A DNA stretch of 64,000 nucleotides from Solirubrobacterales bacterium (GTDB taxonomy: Bacteria; Actinomycetota; Thermoleophilia; Solirubrobacterales; 70-9). Positions 25,508 to 34,640 of this stretch are shown here, one piece after another; the first letter of the stretch is position 1, and every line of letters starts with the position of its first letter. The notes under the pieces were generated by a model. The model had not been told where the DNA came from and made no database searches. It saw only the letters and a program-made list of their open reading frames with translations. The position numbers were made by a program, and so were the translations under genes. The stretch is taken from positions 2,830 to 66,829 of the forward strand of contig DASSMM010000057.1 in assembly GCA_035688825.1 (NCBI GenBank), read 5' to 3'.

Positions 25508-27006
25508 ACTTCAACGAGCCGCATATCGACTACGCCGGCATCTCGCCGCTGATCGCGCTGACCGTCGGCATCTGCGTGGTCCTCCTGAGCGCGGTCTTCA
25601 AGCCGTTCAAGCGCAGCGCGCCGCTGCTGACGCTGGTCACCCTCGGCGCCGCCGCCGGCCTCTTGATCTGGCAGTGGGACGACCCGAAGAACCTGATCAC
25701 GGGCGCCCTGCGCCTCGACGACCTGGCGATCTCGATCTCGCTGATCGCGATCCTCGTGGCGGCCTTCTGCGTCGTCCTCTCGATCGGCGAGCGGGCGACC
25801 GAGGAAGCGGGAACGGGCGAGTACCACTCGCTCCTGCTCGGCTCTGTCTTAGGGATGGTGCTGCTGGCGCAGGCGACCAACCTGGTCACCTTCTTCGTCG
25901 CCCTGGAGACGCTCTCGATCCCGCTCTACATCCTCTGCGCCACCAACCTGCGGCGCGAGGGCTCGCTCGAGTCGGGGCTGAAGTACCTGATCGTCGGCTC
26001 GATCGGCTCGGCGACCCTGCTCTACGGGATGGCCTTCCTCTACGGCGGCACCGGCTCGACCGGGTTCCAGGGGATCGCCGCCGGGATCGCCCACAACGGC
26101 CTCGACGGCGACCCGCTGATCCTGATCGGGATCGCGATGGCGGCGGTCGGACTCGCCTTCAAGACCTCGATCGCCCCCTTCCACCAGTGGACGCCCGACG
26201 TCTACCAGGGCGCACCGACCCCGATCACCTCGTTCATGGCGGTGGCGACCAAGGCCGCCGCCTTCGCCGTCTTCCTCCGCTTCTTCGACGTCGCCCTCGG
26301 CTCCCAGCTCGATTCCTGGCAGCCGGCCCTCGCCGCCCTGGCGGCGATCTCGATCGTCGTCGGCAACGTCGGCGCCCTCGGCCAGGACTCCCTGAAGCGG
26401 CTGCTGGGCTACTCGGGGATCGCCCAGGCGGGCTACATGCTCGGCGGCATCGTCGTCGCCTCCGAGCAGGGCACCAGCTCGCTGGTCTTCTACCTCGCCG
26501 CCTACGCCTTCATGAACCTCGCTGCCTTCGCGGTGATCGTCGCCCGCGAGCGCGAGACGATCTTCGGCGACGACATCCGCGCGGTCCGCGGCCTCGGCGC
26601 CGAGCGGCCGGCGCTGGCCTGGCCGCTGACGATCTCGATGCTGGCCCTGGCGGGCCTGCCGGCGACGGCGGGCTTCATCGGCAAGCTCTATCTGATCGAG
26701 GCCCTGGTCGAAGGCGACTACACCTGGCTCGCGGTCTTCATCGCGGTCGGGACGATGATCTCCCTCGCCTACTACCTGCGGGTGGTGGCGGCGATGTGGA
26801 TGCGCCCCGAGCGCGAGACCGTTCCCGGCGGCACCCCGGCGATCGCCGGCGCCTCTCCCGAGGCCGACCCGGTCGACCCCGAAGCCGGCCGCCGCTGGTA
26901 CCTGGTCGGCCCCGCCGTCCTCGCCGCCGCCGCGACCGTCTTCTTCGGCATCATCCCCCAGCCGCTGGTGGAGTTCGCGAGCCACGCGGGCAGCGCGCTG
27001 TTCTAG
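25504..27006 (+). CDS. nuoN: NADH-quinone oxidoreductase subunit N
   Basis: ATG 25504 (MNFNEPHIDYAGISPL). FHQWTPDVYQGAPTPITSFMAVATKAAAF. Confidence 0.95.
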   Translation: MNFNEPHIDYAGISPLIALTVGICVVLLSAVFKPFKRSAPLLTLVTLGAAAGLLIWQWDDPKNLITGALRLDDLAISISLIAILVAAFCVVLSIGERATEEAGTGEYHSLLLGSVLGMVLLAQATNLVTFFVALETLSIPLYILCATNLRREGSLESGLKYLIVGSIGSATLLYGMAFLYGGTGSTGFQGIAAGIAHNGLDGDPLILIGIAMAAVGLAFKTSIAPFHQWTPDVYQGAPTPITSFMAVATKAAAFAVFLRFFDVALGSQLDSWQPALAALAAISIVVGNVGALGQDSLKRLLGYSGIAQAGYMLGGIVVASEQGTSSLVFYLAAYAFMNLAAFAVIVARERETIFGDDIRAVRGLGAERPALAWPLTISMLALAGLPATAGFIGKLYLIEALVEGDYTWLAVFIAVGTMISLAYYLRVVAAMWMRPERETVPGGTPAIAGASPEADPVDPEAGRRWYLVGPAVLAAAATVFFGIIPQPLVEFASHAGSALF

Positions 27007-27009
27007 CGC

Positions 27010-27933
27010 TTGGGGGTCCTCCTCACCCTTGTCCTGATGGTCGCCGGCGCCGCGGTCGGCGTCGAGTCCGAGCGGAGGCGGCCGAAAGAGGCGGTGGCGG
27101 TGGCGCGGCGGCTGCTGCTGGTGATGCTCTACGTGCTGGTACCGCCGGTGATCTTCTTCAACCTGGCGGCGGCCTCGATCAGCGTCGACAACGGGATCGG
27201 GATCGGACTCGCCCTGCTCAACATGGCGCTGGTCGGAACGGCCGTCTGGCTCGTCGCCTCCCGCCTGCTGCGACTGAGCCCGCCGCAGACGGGAGCGGTG
27301 ATCTGCGGCGCGATCGTCGCCAACACCACCTACCTCGGCTATCCGCTGACCGTGGCCCTGCTCGGCCGCGACCACCTGCCGGCCGGGGTCCTCTTCGACG
27401 TCCTCGTCGGCGGCACGACGCTGATGCTCGGGGCCTTCGGCGTCGGCGCCGCCTTCGGCACCAAAGCCGGCGAAGGGATGGGCGAGCGGGTGCGCACCTT
27501 CTTCACCCGCAACCCACCCCTCTACGCGGCGGTGGCGGGCCTGCTCGCCCCCAGCGTCCTGGCGCCGCAGGTCCTCGTCGACGCCTCGCAGGTGCTCGCA
27601 GTGGCGATCCTGCCGCTCGGCTTCTTCGCCGTCGGCGCCACCCTGGCCGAGGGGGCAGAGCAGGGCGAACTCCCGGTGCCGCCGCCGATCACCGCCCCCG
27701 TCGCCGTCGCCACCCTCGGCCGCCTCGCCCTCGCCCCCGCGCTGCTCATGCTCCTCGCCGCCCCGCTGATCGAGCTCCCTTCCGCCTACCGCCTGATGTC
27801 AGCGATGCCGACCGGCATCAACGCCCTCGTCGTCTCCCACGCCTACGGCCTCGACAACCGCATAGTCGCCGAGACGATCACCTGGTCGACGGCGCTGGTG
27901 ATCGTCGCCGCGCTGCTGTCCCTGCTGTTCTAG
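27010..27933 (+). CDS. AEC (auxin efflux carrier) family transporter
   Basis: 307 aa, about 10 TM. Pattern GAIVANTTYLGYPL...MPTGINALVVSHAYG is typical of Mem_trans proteins. Confidence 0.8.
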   Translation: MGVLLTLVLMVAGAAVGVESERRRPKEAVAVARRLLLVMLYVLVPPVIFFNLAAASISVDNGIGIGLALLNMALVGTAVWLVASRLLRLSPPQTGAVICGAIVANTTYLGYPLTVALLGRDHLPAGVLFDVLVGGTTLMLGAFGVGAAFGTKAGEGMGERVRTFFTRNPPLYAAVAGLLAPSVLAPQVLVDASQVLAVAILPLGFFAVGATLAEGAEQGELPVPPPITAPVAVATLGRLALAPALLMLLAAPLIELPSAYRLMSAMPTGINALVVSHAYGLDNRIVAETITWSTALVIVAALLSLLF

Positions 27934-28106
27934 CGGCGATTGATCCTCTCTTCGAGGTAATCGAACCTTCGATCCATTCGCTCTTCAAGTCGCTGCTCCA
28001 CCCGACTTATCCGACCTTCCAGGCGGGAGATTGCCTTACTGGCCCGACGAGATAGACCTGAAATCCAGGTACCCAGTTCCGAGAAACGTACCTCCTCCGA
28101 ATTCAT
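27930..28106 (-). CDS. 58-aa coiled-coil protein (below the track length cutoff)
   Basis: ATG 28106 preceded by GAGCAGGAGGAGAT. MNSEEVRFSELGTWISGLSRRASKAISRLEGRISRVEQRLEERMDRRFDYLEERINRR. Lower-GC DNA, 12 nt downstream of the 63-aa gene. Confidence 0.45.
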   Translation of the reverse strand: MNSEEVRFSELGTWISGLSRRASKAISRLEGRISRVEQRLEERMDRRFDYLEERINRR

Positions 28107-28118
28107 ATCTCCTCCTGC

Positions 28119-28310
28119 TCAAAGTTGCGTTGCAATAAGCCCGATCAAGGCCGCCGTCACCACGCCGCCGAGCTGGAGCAGCGTTCTCTGCAAGGAGTCA
28201 AAACGACCGTGCAGCGCTCGCATGTCAGCGTCGAGCCGTGCAAACCCCTGATCCACTTTCTTACTCAGGTCATCTAGTCGCTCGTCGGTCCAGCTTTCTC
28301 TCACGCTCAT
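28119..28310 (-). CDS. 63-aa coiled-coil protein with C-terminal TM anchor
   Basis: ATG 28310 preceded by GAGGG. MSVRESWTDERLDDLSKKVDQGFARLDADMRALHGRFDSLQRTLLQLGGVVTAALIGLIATQL. The architecture resembles XhlA-type small membrane proteins, but that is an inference only. Confidence 0.5.
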   Translation of the reverse strand: MSVRESWTDERLDDLSKKVDQGFARLDADMRALHGRFDSLQRTLLQLGGVVTAALIGLIATQL

Positions 28311-28369
28311 GACCATAACCCTCGCAGACAATATGTTACGTATCTGAACCATCACTGTAAATTTTCTGC

Positions 28370-28726
28370 ATGCTTCACCACGTCGGCATAGAGGTCGCGC
28401 CCGCGGACATCGAGGCCGCCGTCGGCTTCTTCGAGTTGCTCGGGTTTCAGCGGGTCGAACCGCCGGAAACCTTGCGGGAGTTCACCTGGGTCGAGCGCGC
28501 CGGAACGCAGGTGCACCTGATGCCGGAGGAGGAGCCGACCGTGCCTTCGCCGGGACACCTCGCGGTGATCGTCGACGACTTCGACGGGACGGTAGAGCGG
28601 GTGCGCGAGGCGGGGTTCGAGATCGAGCGCAAACGCGAACACTGGGGGCAGCCGCGGGCCCTGGCGATCGCGCCCGGCGGTCACCGGGTCGAGCTGATGG
28701 CGGCGCCCCCGGTGCCGCAGACCTGA
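28370..28726 (+). CDS. VOC (glyoxalase/bleomycin-resistance/dioxygenase) family protein
   Basis: 118 aa. MLHHVGIEV...GHLAVIVDDFDG...APGGHRVELM. Confidence 0.85.
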   Translation: MLHHVGIEVAPADIEAAVGFFELLGFQRVEPPETLREFTWVERAGTQVHLMPEEEPTVPSPGHLAVIVDDFDGTVERVREAGFEIERKREHWGQPRALAIAPGGHRVELMAAPPVPQT

Positions 28727-28729
28727 GCG

Positions 28730-29542
28730 CTACTCGCGCTCGGAAGGTTCCAGTTCGGCCGCGGCCTTCTCGCCCGGCGTCGGCCAGGGCACCGCCTTCC
28801 CCTCCTCCCAGGCCGGCGGTTTGCCGCCGGGTAGGAAGCCGAGGTAGAGCAGGCCGAGGTAGAGAAACCAGACGATCGCGAGGATCACGAAGCCGAGCAG
28901 GATCGCGATCCCGAGCGCCATTCCGAGCGAGCCCCAGAAGCGGCTGAGCAGGCCGATGCGCATCGCCCAGAGGCAGGTGTAGAAGAGGCCGATCGCGAAG
29001 AGCAGGCCGCCGCCGAGGGTGAGGATCCCGGCGGGAGTGCTGAGCGAGGCGTCGCTGAGCGCGTTGGAGGCGGCGTCGTCTTCTTCCTTTTCCTTTTCGC
29101 AGCCGGCGACCGGCTTCTCGTCTTCGCACTTTTCCTTCAGCTCCTGCGCCGAGATCGTCGGCTTCGCCTCGCCGGCGACGAAGCTTTCGGCCGCTTCCTG
29201 GCGCGCCTGGCCGTAGAGGACCGTCCCGACCCCGACCAGCAGCGGCGCCGCGATCACGATCGCCAGCACCGCCGGCAGCACCCGCTCGCTGCGGGCGCGG
29301 GCGGCCAGGAAGAGGTAGGCGAGCGGGATCGCCAGCAGCAGGAAGGCGAAGGCCTGGAGGATGCTGGAGAGGGTGACCGAGCCGCCGTGCGCGTCGATCG
29401 AGCGCAGGACCTCGGCTTCGCCCGAGCCGCTGATCGAGCTGACGACGCCCGGGAGGAACATCAGGAGCACCGCCGCGAAGGCGGCGAGCGCCGCCGGCAG
29501 CGCCCAGCGCGACTCTCTCTCCCGGACCTGCTCTGGGCTCAC
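28730..29542 (-). CDS. hypothetical multi-pass membrane protein with acidic Cys-containing loop
   Basis: GTG 29542. About 6 TM segments with a central loop AQELKEKCEDEKPVAGCEKEKEEDD. The upstream 110 codons of the track ORF overlap the divergent gene and look spurious. Confidence 0.55.
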   Translation of the reverse strand: MSPEQVRERESRWALPAALAAFAAVLLMFLPGVVSSISGSGEAEVLRSIDAHGGSVTLSSILQAFAFLLLAIPLAYLFLAARARSERVLPAVLAIVIAAPLLVGVGTVLYGQARQEAAESFVAGEAKPTISAQELKEKCEDEKPVAGCEKEKEEDDAASNALSDASLSTPAGILTLGGGLLFAIGLFYTCLWAMRIGLLSRFWGSLGMALGIAILLGFVILAIVWFLYLGLLYLGFLPGGKPPAWEEGKAVPWPTPGEKAAAELEPSERE

Positions 29543-29563
29543 GGCCCGTACGCTACCCGAGGC

Positions 29564-30193
29564 ATGGAGCAGACCGAGGCCACCCCCGTCGTCCCGCTCG
29601 AGGCCGGTGCCGGGCCGGACAACCCGGCCTGCCCCGCCTGCGGCGAGCCACTGTTCGGCTGGCTCGGGCGCGAGCGCGGGCTGGCCGGGCCGGTGCGGCG
29701 GTGCGAGAGCTGCGGGCTCGGGATCGTCGGCGAGGTCGGCGACGCCGAGGCCGCCCTGCACGAGCTCGACTCGCTGCGCCAGGACGATGTAGTGCGGATC
29801 GACAACCGCGGCAGCACCGCCTGCGCCCTCGGCGGCGCCGGCTGGGCGGGGCTGCTCCCGCAGCGGCGGCACCTCTTCACCCCCGAGGCGGTGCGGCGCC
29901 TCGTCGCCAACCGCGACCAGGTCGTCAAGTCCGCCCGCTGGCGCCCCCTCGCCGGCCTCGCCAACACCTGGCAGACGCTCCTCAACAGCGTCACCTTCGG
30001 CCGCAACGTCGCCCTCGGGGCCCTGCGCGGCACCCCGGCGGTCCCCGCGGCGCGGCCCTGGCAGCGACGGATCGACGCCCTCGCCGGCATCGTCCTCGCC
30101 CTGCCGGCGCTGCTGATCGCGATCCCGGTCGAGCTGGTAGGCGGCATCTTCCGCCGCGGCGCCGTGATCGCGCTGAAGCTCGAGCTGTTCTAG
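29564..30193 (+). CDS. hypothetical protein with N-terminal zinc ribbon and C-terminal TM helix
   Basis: ATG 29564. CPACGEPLFGW...RRCESCGLG, and C-terminal IVLALPALLIAIPVELVGGIF. Confidence 0.5.
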   Translation: MEQTEATPVVPLEAGAGPDNPACPACGEPLFGWLGRERGLAGPVRRCESCGLGIVGEVGDAEAALHELDSLRQDDVVRIDNRGSTACALGGAGWAGLLPQRRHLFTPEAVRRLVANRDQVVKSARWRPLAGLANTWQTLLNSVTFGRNVALGALRGTPAVPAARPWQRRIDALAGIVLALPALLIAIPVELVGGIFRRGAVIALKLELF

Positions 30194-30221
30194 CTCCTAA
30201 GGCCGGCGGGCCCCGGCGGCC

Positions 30222-30485
30222 TTAGGACAAACCTTCGCGCGCCTCTCGCACCAAGGTGACTGCCTCGGGGAAGAGGACGCGGATCGCGTCGCGGACCTGC
30301 ATCGCCTGCTCGTCGGCGCTGCCGGTCAGCTCGAGGCGGCCGATCGAGGCGACGGTCATGTCGACCGCGAGCTTGATCGCGTTGTCGGCCCAGGCGACCC
30401 GCTGCGAGGACTGCATCTGCTCCGACAGCTCTTCCATGCGAGCGCGGAACTCCTCGGGATCGCCGAACAGGTTGAAGCCCTCCAT
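30222..30485 (-). CDS. hypothetical 87-aa protein
   Basis: ATG 30485 (MEGFNLFGDPEEFRARMEELSEQMQSS...). The upstream part of the track ORF is Arg/Pro-rich shadow sequence. Confidence 0.45.
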   Translation of the reverse strand: MEGFNLFGDPEEFRARMEELSEQMQSSQRVAWADNAIKLAVDMTVASIGRLELTGSADEQAMQVRDAIRVLFPEAVTLVREAREGLS

Positions 30486-30580
30486 CGCCCTGCATGTAAG
30501 CAGAACCGGCACACCCCCGATGCGGAATCGGCACTTTCTGCGCGCCATCCGTGCGCCGCGGCGCCCTAGCTTCGACGGCG

Positions 30581-31237
30581 ATGCCGGAGCGGGAGAGCGA
30601 GCGAGGATCGGCGAGCGTCGAGCAGGCCGGGTTGGCGGCGCTGGTGGCGCTGCTGCTGACCGCCGCGATCGCGGCGGTCGCCGGCGGCGGGGAGATCGAC
30701 GCCGGGCGCCGGCTCGCCGGCGCACTCGGCCGCCGGATGACCTGCGCGCCGCGCCTGCCGGACGGCTGCCGCCACCACCCGCTGGTCCCGGCATACGGCT
30801 GGCCGCTCGCCCGGCTGGCGCGGGCGCTGGCGCCGGCCCCCGAAGCGCTGCCAGGTCCCTCGGGCCTGCCGCTGGCGCCGGTCGACTTCCGCCGCTGCCG
30901 CTCGCAGAGCTGCGCCGTCGCCGCCGGGCCGCACCTGACCGCCTCCCGCCGCCGCGTCACCGCCTTCACCGAGCTGATCGACCGCCGCGACTCGGCCGGA
31001 TGGGTCGAGATCGTCTACTGGCTCTACCGCCCGACGCTCGGCTGGCAGCGCCTCTCCCGCCGGGCCACCCAGGCCGAGGTCGAAGCCGCGAGCGGGGTCG
31101 AGGTCCTGGAGCGCGACGACCCCGCCCTGATCCCGCTGGAGACCCTGCCCGGCCGCAACCACTACAGCTTCCCGCCGACCGAGCGCCCGCCCTGGCAGTG
31201 GCGCGTGGGCGGCCGCTACCCGGGCTGGTCCTCCTGA
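30581..31237 (+). CDS. hypothetical protein with TadE/pseudopilin-like N-terminus
   Basis: ATG 30581. MPERESERGSASVEQAGLAALVALLLTAAIAAV matches the E-x-G-x-A-x-V-E plus hydrophobic helix pattern of TadE-like proteins. The rest is unrecognised. Confidence 0.5.
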   Translation: MPERESERGSASVEQAGLAALVALLLTAAIAAVAGGGEIDAGRRLAGALGRRMTCAPRLPDGCRHHPLVPAYGWPLARLARALAPAPEALPGPSGLPLAPVDFRRCRSQSCAVAAGPHLTASRRRVTAFTELIDRRDSAGWVEIVYWLYRPTLGWQRLSRRATQAEVEAASGVEVLERDDPALIPLETLPGRNHYSFPPTERPPWQWRVGGRYPGWSS

Positions 31238-31884
31238 TCGGGAGGGGTCCAGCCGTCCCCGGCGGCGGCCCGTTCGAACCCGATCCAGAGTGAGTTCATC
31301 GCCGTCGCCACCACCTGCTCCCGCGGGACCTCGGGGTGCTCCACCCACCACAGCGCCAGGCCCTGCAGGACGCCGCGGAGCACGACCCAGGCCATTTCCA
31401 CGCCCGCTCCCGCCGGCGATCCCGTCAAGCCCTCCGAGCCCGGCTCGGCGACGAACAGCTCCATCACCTGCACCCGGCTGCGGGTCGAGACCTCCCGGTG
31501 GACCGCTTCGGCCCCGCGATCCCCGCTCGGCTCGCGGAAGAGCATCGTCGCCGCCGCTGGATGCTGCTCCACGTAAGCGAACCAGGCGTCGAAGGAGCGG
31601 CTGACCCGGACAGAGGACTCCTCCGCGCCGGGGAAGTTCCGGTCCCAGATCCCCCGCAGCTCGGCGAAGTGGGCTTCGAGCAGGTGCCGGTAGAGGTCGA
31701 TCTTCGAGGAGAAGTGGTCGTAGACGACCGGCGCGGTGACGCCCGAGCGGCGGGCGATCGACTCGATCGAGGCGCCTGGGTAGCCGCGCTGCGCGAACAG
31801 CTCGGTCGCCGCCGCTTCGATCACCTCGCGGCGCCGACCGGCGCTGAGCCGCTTGCGCCCTTTCGTTTTCGCTCCCGTTGACAA
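31216..31884 (-). CDS. TetR family transcriptional regulator
   Basis: RRREVIEAAATELFAQRGYPGASIESIARRSGVTAPVVYDHFSSK is the TetR_N HTH. The apparent TTG start at 31884 is uncertain. Confidence 0.9.
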   Translation of the reverse strand: MSTGAKTKGRKRLSAGRRREVIEAAATELFAQRGYPGASIESIARRSGVTAPVVYDHFSSKIDLYRHLLEAHFAELRGIWDRNFPGAEESSVRVSRSFDAWFAYVEQHPAAATMLFREPSGDRGAEAVHREVSTRSRVQVMELFVAEPGSEGLTGSPAGAGVEMAWVVLRGVLQGLALWWVEHPEVPREQVVATAMNSLWIGFERAAAGDGWTPPDQEDQPG

Positions 31885-31930
31885 CCTAATGCTCCCTAGG
31901 TAGGTTCCACCTAATGGCTACTAGGTTAAC
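31883..31930. promoter_or_regulatory. repeated ACCTAATG...TAGGTT motifs in the TetR divergent intergenic region (candidate operator)
   Basis: aACCTAATGctccctaggTAGGTTccACCTAATGgctacTAGGTTaac. There are two units, each with ACCTA/TAGGT inverted half-sites, in an AT-richer gap. Confidence 0.4.
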
Positions 31931-31951
31931 CGCGCCTCAGGAGAGCTCGCC

Positions 31952-32635
31952 GTGATCTTCTCGATCGACATCGCCCAAGTCGGGGCCCGGCAGGGCCTGC
32001 GCCTGCTCGCCACCCGACCGCGCCCCCAGCAGGTCGAGGGGCTGCGCTACGCGGAGACCGTCTTCACCGCCCCGCTCGGCGGCGGCCTCCTCCCGGCCCC
32101 CGACTTCGGGACGGTTGCCCTGCTCGCGGCCTGGGAGGACGACAGCTCCCTCGACCGCTTCGCCTCCCACCCCCTGGCCCGCCGTCTCGCCGGCGGCTGG
32201 CAGGTGCGGATGGCGCCGCTGCGGGTCTCGGGCGCCTGGCCCGGCCTCGACGGACTGCCCGAGCGGCCGCTGCCGGTGGACGACGAGGAGCCGGTCGCGG
32301 TCCTCACCCTCGGCCGGCTGATGCCCTGGCGGGCCCGGCCCTTCCTGCAGGCAGCCGCCCCCGCCGAAGCCGACGCGCTGGCCGAGCCGGGGCTCCTGGC
32401 CTCGACCGGGTTCGGCCGCCTGCCGAACCTCGTCTCGACCTTCTCGCTCTGGAGCACGGCGGCGGCGATGCGGGACTACGCCTACCGCAAGGGAGGCTCG
32501 CACCGGGCCGCGGTGGCCGGCGACCGCGAGCGCGCCTTCCACCGCCACTCCGCCTTCATTCGCTTCCGCCCCTACGCGACCCGGGGCGCGTGGGCGGGCG
32601 TGGACCCGCTCGCCGCGGCCGCGCTCACGGTCTAG
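31952..32635 (+). CDS. hypothetical protein, spheroidene-monooxygenase-like (CrtA-type) family
   Basis: 227 aa. ...DFGTVALLAAWEDDSSLDRF...SGAWPG...LVSTFSLWSTAAAMRDYAY... resembles the small CrtA-like/ABM-type family. Assigned from memory of the family pattern only. Confidence 0.5.
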   Translation: MIFSIDIAQVGARQGLRLLATRPRPQQVEGLRYAETVFTAPLGGGLLPAPDFGTVALLAAWEDDSSLDRFASHPLARRLAGGWQVRMAPLRVSGAWPGLDGLPERPLPVDDEEPVAVLTLGRLMPWRARPFLQAAAPAEADALAEPGLLASTGFGRLPNLVSTFSLWSTAAAMRDYAYRKGGSHRAAVAGDRERAFHRHSAFIRFRPYATRGAWAGVDPLAAAALTV

Positions 32636-33641
32636 CCCGGGCCGCCGCTTCGGCGGCCTTTTCGGTGTCGGCTTCCTCCTGCGCCTCCCGGATCAGGCCG
32701 CGCCAGTCGGTGGTCCTGAAGACGAGCAGGATCGCGGCGAAGCCGAGGACGACCGACCAGGCCGCCATCGCGATCTGGGTGCCGACCGAGAAGGAGAGGA
32801 CGGCGGTGCGGGTCGGCCCGCTCAGGGTCGCCACCAGCAGCGCCTGCTGGGCGCCGGCGCCGCCGGGGGTGAAGGGGACGACGTTGGCGATCGCCTGGCA
32901 GCTCATCACCAGCATCACGTTGCCGATCGAGCCGTCGATCCCGAAGGCCTCGAGGAAGAACCAGAAGGCGGCGAAGCGGAAGATCCAGCCGAGCCCCTGC
33001 CAGGCGGCGACCTCGCGCAGGTAGCGGCGCGGCTCGGTGAGGATGACGAGGCCCTGGCGGACCCGCGCCCAGAAGCGGCGCACCCGGTGGGCGAGCAGGT
33101 AGATGGCGATCGCGATCGCCAGCAGCGTCACCCCGACGGCGATGAAGAAGAGGTTCGGGTGGTCGGCCCAGAAGGAGATCTCGAAGGCCGGCAGGTGCGG
33201 GATCTGCGGCAGCGGCGGCAGCAGCCCCTGGCTGATCGCGTAGAGGAGGACGAGCACCCCGACGGTGGTGTCGAAGACGGTCTGGACGAGGAAGGAGGAG
33301 GTGACCGCCGGGTAGGAGGAGTCTGGGATCTGGCGTTTGACCAGGAAGACCTTGGTCACGTCTCCCGCGTGCGCCGGCACCACCGCGTTGATCCCCGCCC
33401 CCGCCAGGTAGGCGGCGGCGAGCGGCAGGAAGGGGATCTTCTTGTCCGGGTAGGCGGCGCGGAGGACGTTGCGCCAGGCCCAGGCGCGGGCTAGCTGCAT
33501 GGCGAGCAGGCAGAGCAGGGCGATGCCGAAGGTGGTCCAGTGGACTTCCGAGAGGTGGCGGAAGAATTCGGCGGCCCGGTTGAAGAACGCTTCGAAGTTG
33601 TCGGCGAGATCGGCGAACGGCATCGCAGCTAGACTAGCCAC
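32625..33641 (-). CDS. flippase-like membrane protein (UPF0104 / lysyl-phosphatidylglycerol synthase TM-region family)
   Basis: 338 aa, 8 TM. AGAGINAVVPAHAGDVTKV and VVPFTPGGAGAQQALLV. Confidence 0.75.
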   Translation of the reverse strand: MASLAAMPFADLADNFEAFFNRAAEFFRHLSEVHWTTFGIALLCLLAMQLARAWAWRNVLRAAYPDKKIPFLPLAAAYLAGAGINAVVPAHAGDVTKVFLVKRQIPDSSYPAVTSSFLVQTVFDTTVGVLVLLYAISQGLLPPLPQIPHLPAFEISFWADHPNLFFIAVGVTLLAIAIAIYLLAHRVRRFWARVRQGLVILTEPRRYLREVAAWQGLGWIFRFAAFWFFLEAFGIDGSIGNVMLVMSCQAIANVVPFTPGGAGAQQALLVATLSGPTRTAVLSFSVGTQIAMAAWSVVLGFAAILLVFRTTDWRGLIREAQEEADTEKAAEAAARARP

Positions 33642-33645
33642 GCTC

Positions 33646-34635
33646 GTGCCCGACCCCGACGTGCAGGCGCTGCCTCAGACCCCCCTCTCCGATCCCGCTG
33701 ACAAGGCGATGTGCGACCGTGCCCGCGAGCGCTACACGGCCGATCGCAAGAGCCGCTGGCGGCGCCGCCGCAAACGCCACGCGCAGTTGCCGAACCTGAT
33801 CATCATCGGCGGGCTCAAGTGCGGGACGACGAGCATCCACCACTACCTCGGCCTGCATCCGGAAATCCAGATGTCGAAGCCGAAGGAGCTCAACTTCTTC
33901 GTCGAGGAGCTGAACTGGGACCTCGGGCTCGACTGGTACGCGAGCCGCTTCGACGACCGCTTCGAGGTCCGCGGCGAGTCCTCTCCGCACTACACCAACC
34001 TGCCCCGGTTCACGGGGGTGCCGGAGCGGATCAAGCAGCACTGCCCCGACGCGCGGCTGCTCTACATGGTGCGCGACCCGATCAAGCGGATCCTCTCGCA
34101 CTGGGTGCACGCGACCGGCGCCGGCTACGAGACCGGTGACCTGGTCGAGGTCCTCTCCAACCCCGACACCTCTTACATGAACCGCTCGAAGTACTGGATG
34201 CAGCTACAGCCCTACCTCGAGCACTTCGACCGCGAGCAGATCACTCTGATCACCCAGGAGGAGCTGCACACCGAACGCGAAGCGACGATGCGCAAGGCAT
34301 TCGCCTTCGCCGGCGTCGACGACGGCTTCACCTCCGAGCAGTTCGACCGCGAGTGGGAGAAGTCGAGCGCGAAGGAAGGCGACAAATACCAGCTGATGGA
34401 GAAGCTGGTGAAACTGCCCGGCTTCCGCTCCTTCGACCGCAACTTCGACCGCCTGCCCGAGTCGATGCGCTGGCTGGTCGAGAAGGTCGTCCACGACCCG
34501 GAGAAGCCGCCGGCCCCGAAGCCGAAGCTCCCTGACGACCTCTTCGAGACGGTCCGCGGCCGCTTCACCGAGGACGTCGCCGAACTGCAGAAGTTCGCCG
34601 GCCGCGAGTTCGCCGGCTGGCACGACTACTCCTGA
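33646..34635 (+). CDS. sulfotransferase family protein
   Basis: 5'-PSB motif LIIIGGLKCGTTSIHHYL and 3'-PB-like YMVRDPIKRILSHWVH. Start placed at GTG 33646 (ATG near 33709 is also possible). The track ORF N-terminus overlaps the divergent gene. Confidence 0.85.
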   Translation: MPDPDVQALPQTPLSDPADKAMCDRARERYTADRKSRWRRRRKRHAQLPNLIIIGGLKCGTTSIHHYLGLHPEIQMSKPKELNFFVEELNWDLGLDWYASRFDDRFEVRGESSPHYTNLPRFTGVPERIKQHCPDARLLYMVRDPIKRILSHWVHATGAGYETGDLVEVLSNPDTSYMNRSKYWMQLQPYLEHFDREQITLITQEELHTEREATMRKAFAFAGVDDGFTSEQFDREWEKSSAKEGDKYQLMEKLVKLPGFRSFDRNFDRLPESMRWLVEKVVHDPEKPPAPKPKLPDDLFETVRGRFTEDVAELQKFAGREFAGWHDYS

Positions 34636-34640
34636 AGTAG

